From a plasmid: DNA of 64,000 nt. Below the pieces are notes generated by a model that saw only the letters and a list, made by a program, of their open reading frames with translations, searched no databases and was not told the origin of the DNA. Shown here one piece after another: positions 10,513 to 20,049 of this stretch (position 1 is its first letter; each line of letters starts with the position of its first letter). The stretch is from sequence record NZ_CP020429.2; one strand, given 5' to 3'. The translations under genes were made by a program, and so were the position numbers.

Positions 10513-11250
10513 ATGAATCAATTAATATTGAAAGATGTTTGCAAAAAATATCCCAATCAACCAAATTATGCTCTAGACCATATCAATTTGACTGTCGGAA
10601 AAGGAGAATTTGTGGCTGTCATGGGGCGTAGCGGTAGTGGGAAAACGACACTTTTAAATGTTACTTCGATTATTGATAAAATTGATAGTGGGAGTATTTA
10701 TTGTGCAGATAGAGAAATTAGTGCATTTTCTGATAACGAGGCAACTAATTTTAGAAAAAATGATATTGGTTTTGTTTTTCAAGATTATATGCTTTTAGAC
10801 AGTCTAACCATTAGGGAGAATATTTCTGTTGCTTTGTCTCTAAAAAATGTTGATTCATCAAAGATTGATGATTTGATAAATAGCTATGCAAAAAGATTTA
10901 ATTTATATGAACAGTTGAAGAAATATCCTTATCAACTTTCTGGAGGTCAGAAACAGAGGGTCAGTATTATCAGAGCAATCATTAAAGAACCAGAGATTAT
11001 TTTTGCTGACGAACCAACAGGAGCACTTGACTTGAAATCTTCTGAGGAAACAATGATGATTTTGAGTGAAATCAATAAAACGGAAAAGGTAACTATTCTA
11101 ATGGTTACTCATGATGTTTTATCAGCTTCTTATGCCGACAGAGTTATACTCCTCAAAGATGGGAAACTTCACATGGAGATTGATAAAAAAGATTGTGGAG
11201 AGTCGTTTTACGATGTAATTAGTCAAGCTTTATCCGATAGAGGAGAGTAA
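10513..11250 (+). CDS. ABC transporter ATP-binding protein (BceA/MacB-like)
   Basis: Walker A GRSGSGKTT, ABC signature LSGGQKQRV, Walker B IIFADEPTGALD. Confidence 0.9.
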   Translation: MNQLILKDVCKKYPNQPNYALDHINLTVGKGEFVAVMGRSGSGKTTLLNVTSIIDKIDSGSIYCADREISAFSDNEATNFRKNDIGFVFQDYMLLDSLTIRENISVALSLKNVDSSKIDDLINSYAKRFNLYEQLKKYPYQLSGGQKQRVSIIRAIIKEPEIIFADEPTGALDLKSSEETMMILSEINKTEKVTILMVTHDVLSASYADRVILLKDGKLHMEIDKKDCGESFYDVISQALSDRGE

Positions 11251-11251
11251 T

Positions 11252-13159
11252 ATGATTTGGTCAATTACAAAATCTAACATTAAAAAGAATTTTCCGTTAT
11301 ATCGTATCTATTTTCTAGCTACGATCGGTTTATTAAGTATTTTTATAGCTTTTTTAAATTTTATTTCAGATAAAATCATCGCAGAAAAAATTGGGGATAG
11401 TGGTCAAGCTCTAGTTATCGCTAATGGTTCATTGTTATTTTTGATTGTATTTTTGGTGGTATTCTTAATCTACTTCAATAATTTCTTTGTAAAAAAACGC
11501 AGTCAAGACCTTGGAGTCTTAGCAATACTAGGGTTTTCAAAAAGAGAATTAACAAAATTACTAACTTTAGAAAATCTTGTTATTCTAGTTCTGAGTTACT
11601 TGGTAAGTTTATTGCTAGGACCTACTTTATATTTTTTAGCTGTACTGGTAATTACTCATCTATTGGATTTAACAATGGAAGTTCAGTGGTTTATTACAGT
11701 TAAAGAGATTATAGAGTCTTTAGGAATATTAGTCGTAGTTTTTCTGATTAATTTCATCACAAATGGAGTTATTATTGCTAAACAGTCATTGATTGAATTT
11801 GTTAATTTCTCAAAAAAGGCTGAGAAAAAAATCAGGATAAGAAAAGTCAGAGCTATTATTGCTATTACCGCATTGCTATTGTCATATGTTTTATGTTTGA
11901 CGACAGTGTTTTCATCCACACGAAAGATGCTATTAAGCGTAGGGATGGTACCAATTTCTCTTTTGATAATTATCTTAGTTATTTTAGGCTCAATTTTTAC
12001 AATCAGATATGGATTGACTTTTGTAATTTCTTTCTTAAAAGAAAAGAAAAAAAGGTTATATCGTCCTCTCTCTAATATTATCTATCCTAAATTTAACTAT
12101 CGTATTGCGACAAAAAATAAATTATTAACAGTCTTGGGGGGGCTTTTAACACTAACCGTTTCAGTTACTGGAATTATGGTAATGCTTTATGCTTATTCTC
12201 TTAATGGAATAGAAAGATTGACTCCATCTGCGATAGAATATAATGTTGAATCAGAAAATGGGCAAGTCAATGTTACAAATATTTTAGAGAATGGGCAAGT
12301 GAGTTTAGTTGATATTAACCTATTGAGATTGAACACTAACCCAGAAGTGACTATCACAGAATCTGGGCAAACAATTCCTTATTTTGATATAATTAATTAC
12401 AGTGATTATAAAGAGTTAATGAAAGCTCAAGGAAGAAAAAATTCTATTGAAGGTAGTGAGTCACTACCATTGTTAATAAATTATTTTCCAACAGAAATTA
12501 GCCTAGGGAAAACCTTTAATTTGGAAAATGCATACGATGTTACTGTAAAACAAGTATCAACGAATAATGTTTTTAGTTTTTCTACAAGTGTCACGACTCT
12601 GGTGGTTTCTGATAAATTATATGCTGAGCTTAGTTCTCGTTTTCCAGAGAAAAAAATGACAATTAGGACTTTTAATGGAGATTCAATTAGGTCAAGTGAA
12701 ACATTTTACAATCAGTTTAGTACGGTTCCTGATGTTATCAGTAGTTATAGTAGGGAACACACAGTAAAGACTGCTAATATTGCGACTTATATCTTTATAA
12801 CCTTCCTATCCATACTCTTTATTATTTGTACAGGTAGTATTCTATACTTTACAAGCCTCATAGAAATCATGGAAAATAAAGAAGAATATAGCTATCTGAG
12901 TAAGTTAGGTTATAGTAAAAAAATGATTAATCGGATTGTCGGATATGAAATAGGTATACTTTTCCTTATTCCTGTATTAATTGGGATAATAAATGGTAGT
13001 ATGTTGCTTATTTTCTATAAATATTTATTTATGGATACATTGGTTGCAGGCAATATTATAATGCTATCTTTGTTGCTTTTTCTGTTTTTCTTTTTGATAA
13101 TATATGGCACATTTTATTTATTGACATTGCGGTCAGTGAAATCAATAATAAACAATTAA
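11252..13159 (+). CDS. FtsX-family ABC permease (BceB-like, about 10 TM helices with a large extracellular loop)
   Basis: Starts 1 nt after the ATPase stop; 635 aa; TM clusters flank a 200-aa hydrophilic loop. Confidence 0.85.
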   Translation: MIWSITKSNIKKNFPLYRIYFLATIGLLSIFIAFLNFISDKIIAEKIGDSGQALVIANGSLLFLIVFLVVFLIYFNNFFVKKRSQDLGVLAILGFSKRELTKLLTLENLVILVLSYLVSLLLGPTLYFLAVLVITHLLDLTMEVQWFITVKEIIESLGILVVVFLINFITNGVIIAKQSLIEFVNFSKKAEKKIRIRKVRAIIAITALLLSYVLCLTTVFSSTRKMLLSVGMVPISLLIIILVILGSIFTIRYGLTFVISFLKEKKKRLYRPLSNIIYPKFNYRIATKNKLLTVLGGLLTLTVSVTGIMVMLYAYSLNGIERLTPSAIEYNVESENGQVNVTNILENGQVSLVDINLLRLNTNPEVTITESGQTIPYFDIINYSDYKELMKAQGRKNSIEGSESLPLLINYFPTEISLGKTFNLENAYDVTVKQVSTNNVFSFSTSVTTLVVSDKLYAELSSRFPEKKMTIRTFNGDSIRSSETFYNQFSTVPDVISSYSREHTVKTANIATYIFITFLSILFIICTGSILYFTSLIEIMENKEEYSYLSKLGYSKKMINRIVGYEIGILFLIPVLIGIINGSMLLIFYKYLFMDTLVAGNIIMLSLLLFLFFFLIIYGTFYLLTLRSVKSIINN

Positions 13160-13198
13160 TTCTAAAAACTTTTTAACTTTAACGATTTAGTAAATAAT

Positions 13199-14761
13199 AT
13201 GATGAGAATAGAAAAAATAGCAAAGAGTAAATTTTTGGGAATCACAATAATCTTGTTACAACAATTAATAGCCTTTTTGATTTTGGTCTATAATCGAGAA
13301 AACTTGTCTCTTCTTTTCTCTGAAAAAGTAGCTCTTGTAATGACTCTTATTGATACAGGTTTTATTTGGCTGGCAGCAATATTACGCCAAAAACAAGATG
13401 GGATTTTTAAAAAAATTATTTCTATCGTTTTCTTAACAATTTGGCAATACTTGGTATCTGTGCTATCAAGGGAAACTCCTCTCTTTTTTAGTAGTGGTCT
13501 GCAAATTATATTGCTCTATTGTTATACCGTTGAGATTACTGATTTAATATTATATGGGCAGAAACAGTTTAAAGATAAGCTAGACAAGAGCTTATTAATG
13601 AGCATTTTTGTTTCTATAATTAGCCTTTTAGTTAATAGAACTTTATTTAATTTCTTATTCTTAGTTGTTTTTACTATTTTACACCTTTATCCATTATTGG
13701 TTATAGTGCTATATTATAGGTATTTTAGGCAACAAATATCAGTTGTAAGACGTTCATTGATATTATTTTCTTTGCTTTTGCTAGCAATACTTGGTAGTGA
13801 ATTTTATGGAGAGATGCTAGATGTTAATCAAGCCTTTAATAATTTGGGGTGGTATCTGTTTCCCCTTATAATGAGTACAATATACTATTTTAAGGTCATA
13901 CATGATAAATTTAGTCTAGTTACTCGAAGATGGTTAGGTAATTACAAAACTCGTATAGAACTTTTATTTATACTTCTTATCATTTGTTGGGTAATACTTA
14001 TAAAGGTACTAGTTAAAGATTTTTTACTATTTTTTATAGTTGTTGATGCAAGCACGTTGTTTTGTCTAGTGGTAATTTCTTGTATCTTTTATTATTTAGA
14101 AAACTCTAAACAAAATTTTGACTATAAAAATAGAAGGCTGAACTATTTCATGAAATCAGAGGAAAACATGAGAGTGGAGTTCTCAAATTATTTGCATGAT
14201 GATGTCTTGCAAAATATCATAGCGATAAAAAACTTACTCTCACTAGAAAATAGTGATCTAACACATGGTTTCATTGTTAATGAGTTGAATGATTTAGTTT
14301 CTGGTATCAGGGATGAAATTGATACTTACCACCCAATAGTTCCTGCTAATCGAACAATGAAAGAAAATATACAGTCTCTTTTTGACGATGTCGTCAAAAG
14401 AAGGAAAAGTAATAAATTATTGTATTTCAACTGTTCGAATAGTACAATAATCCCACCTCCATATGGAGATATTGTTTACAGGTTTATAAAAGAGTTAATT
14501 AATAATGCTATAAAATATGGAGTTAGTAAAGATATCCATTTATCTTTAAAGGTTCAATCTGATATTATTATCATTGAGGAGAGTAATCATATAGTGGAAA
14601 AAGTTCAATCTATAAATTATGGTAGAGGTTTGAAATCATTTCAAGAAACACTAGCAGCTTTTGATGGGGATATGGAGCTACAAATAGATAATAAACAATT
14701 TAATATCAGAATATTACTTCCCATAGATTGGAAATTGTGCTATGAAGATTTTATTAATTGA
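13199..14761 (+). CDS. membrane sensor histidine kinase, HisKA_3 (NarL-partner) type
   Basis: Multi-TM N-terminal half; H-box EFSNYLHDDVLQNII; ATPase N-box LINNAIKYG. Confidence 0.8.
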   Translation: MMRIEKIAKSKFLGITIILLQQLIAFLILVYNRENLSLLFSEKVALVMTLIDTGFIWLAAILRQKQDGIFKKIISIVFLTIWQYLVSVLSRETPLFFSSGLQIILLYCYTVEITDLILYGQKQFKDKLDKSLLMSIFVSIISLLVNRTLFNFLFLVVFTILHLYPLLVIVLYYRYFRQQISVVRRSLILFSLLLLAILGSEFYGEMLDVNQAFNNLGWYLFPLIMSTIYYFKVIHDKFSLVTRRWLGNYKTRIELLFILLIICWVILIKVLVKDFLLFFIVVDASTLFCLVVISCIFYYLENSKQNFDYKNRRLNYFMKSEENMRVEFSNYLHDDVLQNIIAIKNLLSLENSDLTHGFIVNELNDLVSGIRDEIDTYHPIVPANRTMKENIQSLFDDVVKRRKSNKLLYFNCSNSTIIPPPYGDIVYRFIKELINNAIKYGVSKDIHLSLKVQSDIIIIEESNHIVEKVQSINYGRGLKSFQETLAAFDGDMELQIDNKQFNIRILLPIDWKLCYEDFIN

Positions 14762-15347
14762 TGACCATAAACTATTTGCGAAGAGTATCCAACTGTTATG
14801 CCAACAGTATGATGAAGTAGATGTCATAGATACGATTACTTCTAATTTTAACGATGTGACGATTGATTTGTCTAAGTATGATATTATATTACTTGATATT
14901 AATTTAACAAATATTTCTAAAGAGAATGGATTGGAGATAGCAGAGGAACTCATACAGTCTACTCCTAATTTGAAAGTTGTCATGCTGACAGGATATGTTA
15001 AGTCAATCTATGAAGAGAGAGCAAAAACAATAGGCGCATATGGTTTTATAGATAAAAATATAGACCCTAAACAACTCATTTCTATCTTAAAAAAAGTGGA
15101 TTCTGGGAAAAAGTATTTTGAACAAATTGAGTTTCAGGATTATGTTGAATCTTTAACTGAACGAGAAATAGCTATCTTAAATTTAAGTAAGAAAGGTCTC
15201 TCTATAAAAGAAATAGAGGAAACATTACAAATTAGTAGGAGAACAGTATTTAATCATTTGAATCACATCTATTCAAAGCTCTTAGTAAATAATAAGCAAG
15301 AGGCTATCTACAAAGCTGAGCAATTAGGATATTTTATGGATTTCTGA
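14742..15347 (+). CDS. response regulator, NarL/LuxR family
   Basis: Receiver MKILLIDDHKLF...DINLT; C-terminal LuxR HTH LTEREIAILNLSKKGLSIKEIEETLQISRRTV; overlaps the kinase stop. Confidence 0.85.
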   Translation: MKILLIDDHKLFAKSIQLLCQQYDEVDVIDTITSNFNDVTIDLSKYDIILLDINLTNISKENGLEIAEELIQSTPNLKVVMLTGYVKSIYEERAKTIGAYGFIDKNIDPKQLISILKKVDSGKKYFEQIEFQDYVESLTEREIAILNLSKKGLSIKEIEETLQISRRTVFNHLNHIYSKLLVNNKQEAIYKAEQLGYFMDF

Positions 15348-15486
15348 GTTATAGGTAATCAAACTACTTAAGTTCTATCTCCGTATTTGTTAGGAATTTT
15401 CTGTGAAATAAAAAGAAGGTAGCTGTGATAAATGCCGATATTAAGCTATTTTAAACCTAGATTTTATTCTTTAAATATATAACAGA

Positions 15487-15510
15487 AAGCCCTTGATATA
15501 GGGCTTTTTA
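15487..15510 (+). terminator. intrinsic terminator
   Basis: AAAGCCC...GGGCTTTTT hairpin. Confidence 0.7.
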
Positions 15511-15533
15511 GCTATATTTAAACTATAATAATA

Positions 15534-15659
15534 CTAACCAATGTGAATCGTAAGAGGTTTATTAAGAGCAACGGCGATTTTGCTCATGGTTTCGATGCTA
15601 GTGTTATTTCCACGCTCGATACGTGCAATGGTAGATTGTGGAACAGGGATGTTTTTTTA
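15534..15659 (-). pseudogene. remnant of an XRE-family HTH (HdiR/LexA-like?) gene, N-terminally truncated
   Basis: Minus-strand frame reads KNIPVPQSTIARIERGNNTSIETMSKIAVALNKPLTIHIG-stop, which is helix-3 and flank of an HTH_XRE; stops lie immediately upstream and there is no start codon. Confidence 0.35.
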
Positions 15660-15689
15660 CTATCAAATCTATTGGTAATATCGTATCGC

Positions 15690-15742
15690 TTGAAAACCTC
15701 ACCAAAATAGTCTATACTTTTTGTTAGTTTATAAACTAACAA
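15690..15742 (+). promoter_or_regulatory. umuC promoter (-35 TTGAAA, 17 nt, -10 TATACT) followed by a perfect 22-bp palindromic operator TTGTTAGTTTATAAACTAACAA
   Basis: Hexamers with 17-nt spacing; the palindrome 15721-15742 abuts the -10 and precedes the AGAGGTG SD. Confidence 0.55.
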
Positions 15743-15808
15743 AAGAGGTGGCACCTGGGATATTTTGATTATTCAAGAGAGCCAAGAAGCGATATCGCTT
15801 TTATCGAT

Positions 15809-17170
15809 ATGAAGTCTTTTTATGCTAGCGTAGAATGTGTTGAGAGAGGGTTACATCCTCTAAAAACTTCTCTATGTGTTATGAGTAGAGCTGATAACTC
15901 TGCAGGTCTTATCCTAGCTTCTTCACCGATATTTAAGAAAGTGTTTGGGAAATCAAACGTAGGAAGAGCATACGACCTCCCTTTTGATGTTCAAACAAGA
16001 AAGTTCTCGTATTACAATGCCAAGAAACAAGGATTGAGAACAGATCTAGAATACGTGCAATTCATTGAAGACTGGGCAAAAGTGACTTTCATCGTTCCTC
16101 CCAGAATGGACGAGTATATCGCAGTTAATATGGAAATCCAAGGCATTTTTCAAAACTATGGTAGCCCTAACGATATCTATCCTTATTCTATAGACGAGGG
16201 TTTTATCGACCTGTCTAGTTCTCTTAAATACTTCGTTCCAGATAAGCAGTTGTCACGAAAGCAAAAACTTGACCTTATTTCAGCAAGGATTCAAAGGGAC
16301 ATCTGGAGACAAACTGGTATCTATTCAACCGTTGGTATGTCCAATGCTAACCCTTTACTAGCTAAACTAGCCCTTGATAATGAAGCAAAGAAAACTTCCA
16401 CCATGAGAGCTAACTGGTCCTATGAGGATGTGGAGAATAAGGTATGGTCTATTCCTAAGATGACAGATTTCTGGGGTATCGGTAAAAGAATGGAGAAACG
16501 CTTCAACACGTTAGGTATCCACTCAATCAAAGACTTGGCAAATGCCAACCCAGATATCTTGAAGAAAGAACTAGGAGTAGCTGGCCTTCGTTTATGGTTT
16601 CATGCTAATGGTATTGATGAAAGTAACGTTCATAAGCCTTATAAACCAAAATCAAAAGGTCTAGGTAACTCCCAGGTTCTCCCTAGAGACTATTTTAGAC
16701 AACGTGATATTGAAATTGTCCTTAGAGAGATGGCCGAGCAAGTTGCTATCCGATTAAGAAAGATAGGCAAAAAAGCGACTGTTGTTTCAATACACCTTGG
16801 CTACTCTAAACATGAGAACAAACGTTCTATAAATACTCAAATGAAAATTGAACCAACGAATAACACCGACATGCTGACAAACTATGTGTTGAAGTTATTC
16901 CATAATAAATACACTTCAGGAGCAATCCGAAGTGTAGCTGTTAATTATTCTGGGTTTGTAGATGAATCTTTTGGATTAATCTCACTATTCGATGATGTCG
17001 AACAAATTGAAAAAGAAGAAAGGCTCCAGACAGCAATAGATTCTATCAGAGACCAATTTGGCTTTACCTCTCTACTAAAAGCTAATGCACTTGATAGTGC
17101 ATCAAGAAGTATTGCCAGAAGTAGGCTCATCGGAGGACATTCTGCTGGAGGATTGGATGGTTTAAAATGA
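15809..17170 (+). CDS. umuC: Y-family DNA polymerase (UmuC/ImpB/MucB family)
   Basis: The frame upstream of the annotated Met reads YFDYSREPRSDIAFIDMKSFYASVECVER, the typical UmuC N-terminus; the SD AAAGAGGTG at 15742-15750 implies a non-ATG start near 15755-15761. Confidence 0.9.
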   Translation: MKSFYASVECVERGLHPLKTSLCVMSRADNSAGLILASSPIFKKVFGKSNVGRAYDLPFDVQTRKFSYYNAKKQGLRTDLEYVQFIEDWAKVTFIVPPRMDEYIAVNMEIQGIFQNYGSPNDIYPYSIDEGFIDLSSSLKYFVPDKQLSRKQKLDLISARIQRDIWRQTGIYSTVGMSNANPLLAKLALDNEAKKTSTMRANWSYEDVENKVWSIPKMTDFWGIGKRMEKRFNTLGIHSIKDLANANPDILKKELGVAGLRLWFHANGIDESNVHKPYKPKSKGLGNSQVLPRDYFRQRDIEIVLREMAEQVAIRLRKIGKKATVVSIHLGYSKHENKRSINTQMKIEPTNNTDMLTNYVLKLFHNKYTSGAIRSVAVNYSGFVDESFGLISLFDDVEQIEKEERLQTAIDSIRDQFGFTSLLKANALDSASRSIARSRLIGGHSAGGLDGLK

Positions 17171-17520
17171 TTGATCGTTCTTATTTGCCATTTCAAGCAG
17201 CAAGAGAATACCAGGACCCTGGGATGCAGAAGTGGATGGGGTTCTTTCTGTCTGAGCATACCTCATCATTACATGCTGCTAAAAGTCGTGTTGACTTCTC
17301 AACAGACCTAAGTAATCCTCAGAAACTCTTATTACTTTCTCAACTCTATATCAACCAACTTAAAGGGCAGTTCACTATCAAACATCATGATAGAAAAATT
17401 ACTTTATTCGGCGAAGTGAGAGAACTGTCTCGTAAAGAAATATCAATAAAGACTAGTGAAGGGTATAGATTAGTCCAACTCGACAATATTCTTCAAATCG
17501 CACCAATTTTAAGAAGTTAG
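17167..17520 (+). CDS. YolD-like protein (umuC-associated)
   Basis: 117 aa; overlaps the umuC stop; KWMGFFLSEH motif resembles the YolD family, which sits downstream of Y-family polymerases in Firmicutes. Confidence 0.6.
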   Translation: MIDRSYLPFQAAREYQDPGMQKWMGFFLSEHTSSLHAAKSRVDFSTDLSNPQKLLLLSQLYINQLKGQFTIKHHDRKITLFGEVRELSRKEISIKTSEGYRLVQLDNILQIAPILRS

Positions 17521-17552
17521 ACAGATCATTTGCTAAGGCTAAGGCTGAGGCA

Positions 17553-17596
17553 AAAGTCAAGGTTTTTTTAAAAAAACCTTGACTTTATTTATTTTT
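17553..17596 (+). terminator. bidirectional intrinsic terminator
   Basis: AAGTCAAGGTTTTTTT/AAAAAAACCTTGACTT perfect hairpin followed by a T-rich run. Confidence 0.8.
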
Positions 17597-17661
17597 CTGA
17601 TATATTAAGTGTGATAATTTATATTTCTAAAAATTATATAATGTTCCTCTGGAGGTTTATT

Positions 17662-19827
17662 TTGTCTATTAATAAGTTTTCTAAATATGGAATTGTTTTA
17701 GTTGCAGCTATTACAGTTGCGACTGTAGCACAGTCCCAATTCGGTCAGTCGTCTTCAAAAGTGTATGCCGATGAAATTGCTAGTACGGCGCCAAAAACGA
17801 GTGAAGTCCCAAGCATAACACCTGCTACTAGCGAAAACGTTAGTACAATGCCAACGACGAGTGAAGCACCAGCAGTAGTTTTGGCTTCAGAAAATAGCGA
17901 AGCTCCTGAAACAAGTGCTTTATATTCAGAAGATGGAGGTCTTGCAGTAACTCCAACTGATATAGTTTCACCGACAAGTACAACGCCAAGTGAAAATTCA
18001 AGTGATAAGTCACTTTTCTTTCTTTATGTAGAGCATACAGATAGTGGTGTCGAACAATCGGGGACTGGTGTCTACGGCGCTAATGAAGATGGGCGCTTCG
18101 TTATTCCTGAGGGAACTGATTATAGGTATTCTTACTATACAATCACGTCAGATGATGGAAAGAGTTTTAAACCTGGAGATGTTATACCTTATGATAGTCC
18201 ACTTTTAAACCATCCTAATTTTGATGACAATCCTATAACATATACCTACTATAAAAATAAACCTTCTGTAGAAGGGAACATTATCGTGAACCCAGTCATT
18301 AGACCTTCATGGCATCATGGAGATTCTATTTCTTTTCATGTTCGTTATGGTGTTTTTGAGAGAAATAGTAAATATGGTGTTCCAGCAGTAATTGATATCG
18401 CACCTTATGACACTGTTGATGTACCTTTGGATAAGCAGGTAACAGTAAGCGCTAAAACTATACCAGGCTATACTTTAGATAGCGCTAATAAATACGAAAC
18501 TGGTTCTGATATTCCTAATAATACGTTGATGTTATCTTCCTCATATTTTGTTACTGATAATACTGGAACACCAATGGCCATGTTCCTTTATAAAAAGAAC
18601 AATAGTGAGACAGCATTTAAAGATAGTTTAACTCCATCTGCAAAACCATCATCTCAGTCTGAAGGTCCGTTAACCTATACTGTTATTTATCATTTTACTG
18701 GTGAGGATTCGCGTTCTGTAGAATATACGATAGAGCCTGGTGAGACAAAATATTTAAAACTTGGCGGTAAAGGTGCCGTAGCCTTTCCAGTCATTAGCGG
18801 TACACCATCCTTTTACGAAGTTAGCTATGACAGAGTAAAAGCTGGTAAAACGCTTTATGAATTTTGGCAGTATGACTACCATACTCATAACGGAGATGGT
18901 ACTCCTAAAGTGACCGATACATCTTCTACACCAGCGACCAGCACTACTCCGGCTACTAGTGAAGCTCCTGCAGTTAGCACAACACCTGCTACTAGTGAAG
19001 CTCCTGCAGTAAGCGCAACGCCAGCTACTAGTGAAACCCCTGCAGTTAGCACAGCACCTGCTACTAGTGAAGCTCCTGCGAACAGCACAACGCCAGCTAC
19101 TAGTGAAGCTCCTGCGGTTAGCACAGCACCTGCTACTAGTGAAACCCCTGCAGTTAGCACAACGCCAGCTACTAGTGAAACCCCTGCAGTTAGCACAACG
19201 CCAGCTACTAGTGAAGCTCCTGCGAACAGCACAACGCCAGCTACTAGTGAGACTCCTGCAGTTAGCACAACACCTGCTACTAGTGAAGCTCCTGCAGTTA
19301 GCACAACACCTGCTACTAGTGAAACCCCTGCAGTTAGCACAACGCCAGCTACTAGTGAAACCCCTGCAGTTAGCACAACGCCAGCTACTAGTGAAGCTCC
19401 TGCGAACAGCACAACGCCAGCTACTAGTGAAGCTCCTGCGGTTAGCACAGCACCTGCTACTAGTGAAACCCCTGCAGTTAGCACAACGCCAGCTACTAGT
19501 GAAACCCCTGCAGTTAGCACAACGCCAGCTACTAGTGAAGCTCCTGCGAACAGCACAACGCCAGCTACTAGTGAAGCTCCTGCGGTCAGCACAACACCTG
19601 CTACAAGTCTAGTTCCTACAAAAGACAATCATTCCATGAATTTTGTTACTCCTTCATATACACAAACACGTAGTGCAGGAATTAAATCAGAAACTGATGG
19701 AAAATTGACAAGTCAGGACTTACCAAAAACAGGGGATACAAACTCTAAAGTAGGTATGTTAGGTATGGTTTTGGTAGGACTTGGTTTGACAAGCTTCGTT
19801 TATAAAGGGCGTCACAGACGTTCATAA
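17662..19827 (+). CDS. LPXTG-anchored surface protein with about 19 tandem 12-aa TPATSE(A/T)PAVST repeats
   Basis: Likely TTG start at 17662 after a GGAGG SD (the ORF track starts at 17611); signal peptide; C-terminal LPKTGDTNS plus TM and RHRRS tail. Confidence 0.8.
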   Translation: MSINKFSKYGIVLVAAITVATVAQSQFGQSSSKVYADEIASTAPKTSEVPSITPATSENVSTMPTTSEAPAVVLASENSEAPETSALYSEDGGLAVTPTDIVSPTSTTPSENSSDKSLFFLYVEHTDSGVEQSGTGVYGANEDGRFVIPEGTDYRYSYYTITSDDGKSFKPGDVIPYDSPLLNHPNFDDNPITYTYYKNKPSVEGNIIVNPVIRPSWHHGDSISFHVRYGVFERNSKYGVPAVIDIAPYDTVDVPLDKQVTVSAKTIPGYTLDSANKYETGSDIPNNTLMLSSSYFVTDNTGTPMAMFLYKKNNSETAFKDSLTPSAKPSSQSEGPLTYTVIYHFTGEDSRSVEYTIEPGETKYLKLGGKGAVAFPVISGTPSFYEVSYDRVKAGKTLYEFWQYDYHTHNGDGTPKVTDTSSTPATSTTPATSEAPAVSTTPATSEAPAVSATPATSETPAVSTAPATSEAPANSTTPATSEAPAVSTAPATSETPAVSTTPATSETPAVSTTPATSEAPANSTTPATSETPAVSTTPATSEAPAVSTTPATSETPAVSTTPATSETPAVSTTPATSEAPANSTTPATSEAPAVSTAPATSETPAVSTTPATSETPAVSTTPATSEAPANSTTPATSEAPAVSTTPATSLVPTKDNHSMNFVTPSYTQTRSAGIKSETDGKLTSQDLPKTGDTNSKVGMLGMVLVGLGLTSFVYKGRHRRS
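18925..19610 (+). repeat. 36-bp tandem repeat array (about 19 units) inside the LPXTG gene
   Basis: Repeated ACGCCAGCTACTAGTGAAGCTCCTGCGGTTAGCACA units. Confidence 0.85.
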
Positions 19828-19900
19828 TAAACAATAACTAGAGGCAAACTTAAAGAACGAGACCATTGAAACAGTCGTCTCTAAATGTTAAATAGTAACG

Positions 19901-19946
19901 AAAAACGAGGAATCTCCTCCTATTTAAGGAGATTCCTCGTTTTTTC
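19901..19946 (+). terminator. intrinsic terminator
   Basis: AAACGAGGAATCTCCTCC...GGAGATTCCTCGTTTTTT. Confidence 0.8.
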
Positions 19947-20049
19947 TAACTTATCATAAACTGTGTTAACAATTTATAGTCTTCATTACCATATACATAG
20001 TTTATTTATTAACTATATATCGTGTATAATGTATTAACCATTAAATGAG

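Noticed and set aside
18885-19628. Minus-strand 247-aa ORF and plus-strand 193-aa ORF (19031-19612) inside the 36-bp repeat array
   Set aside because: These are low-complexity frames created by the tandem repeat on the non-coding strand and in an alternate frame. The LPXTG gene, with signal peptide and sorting signal, explains the region.
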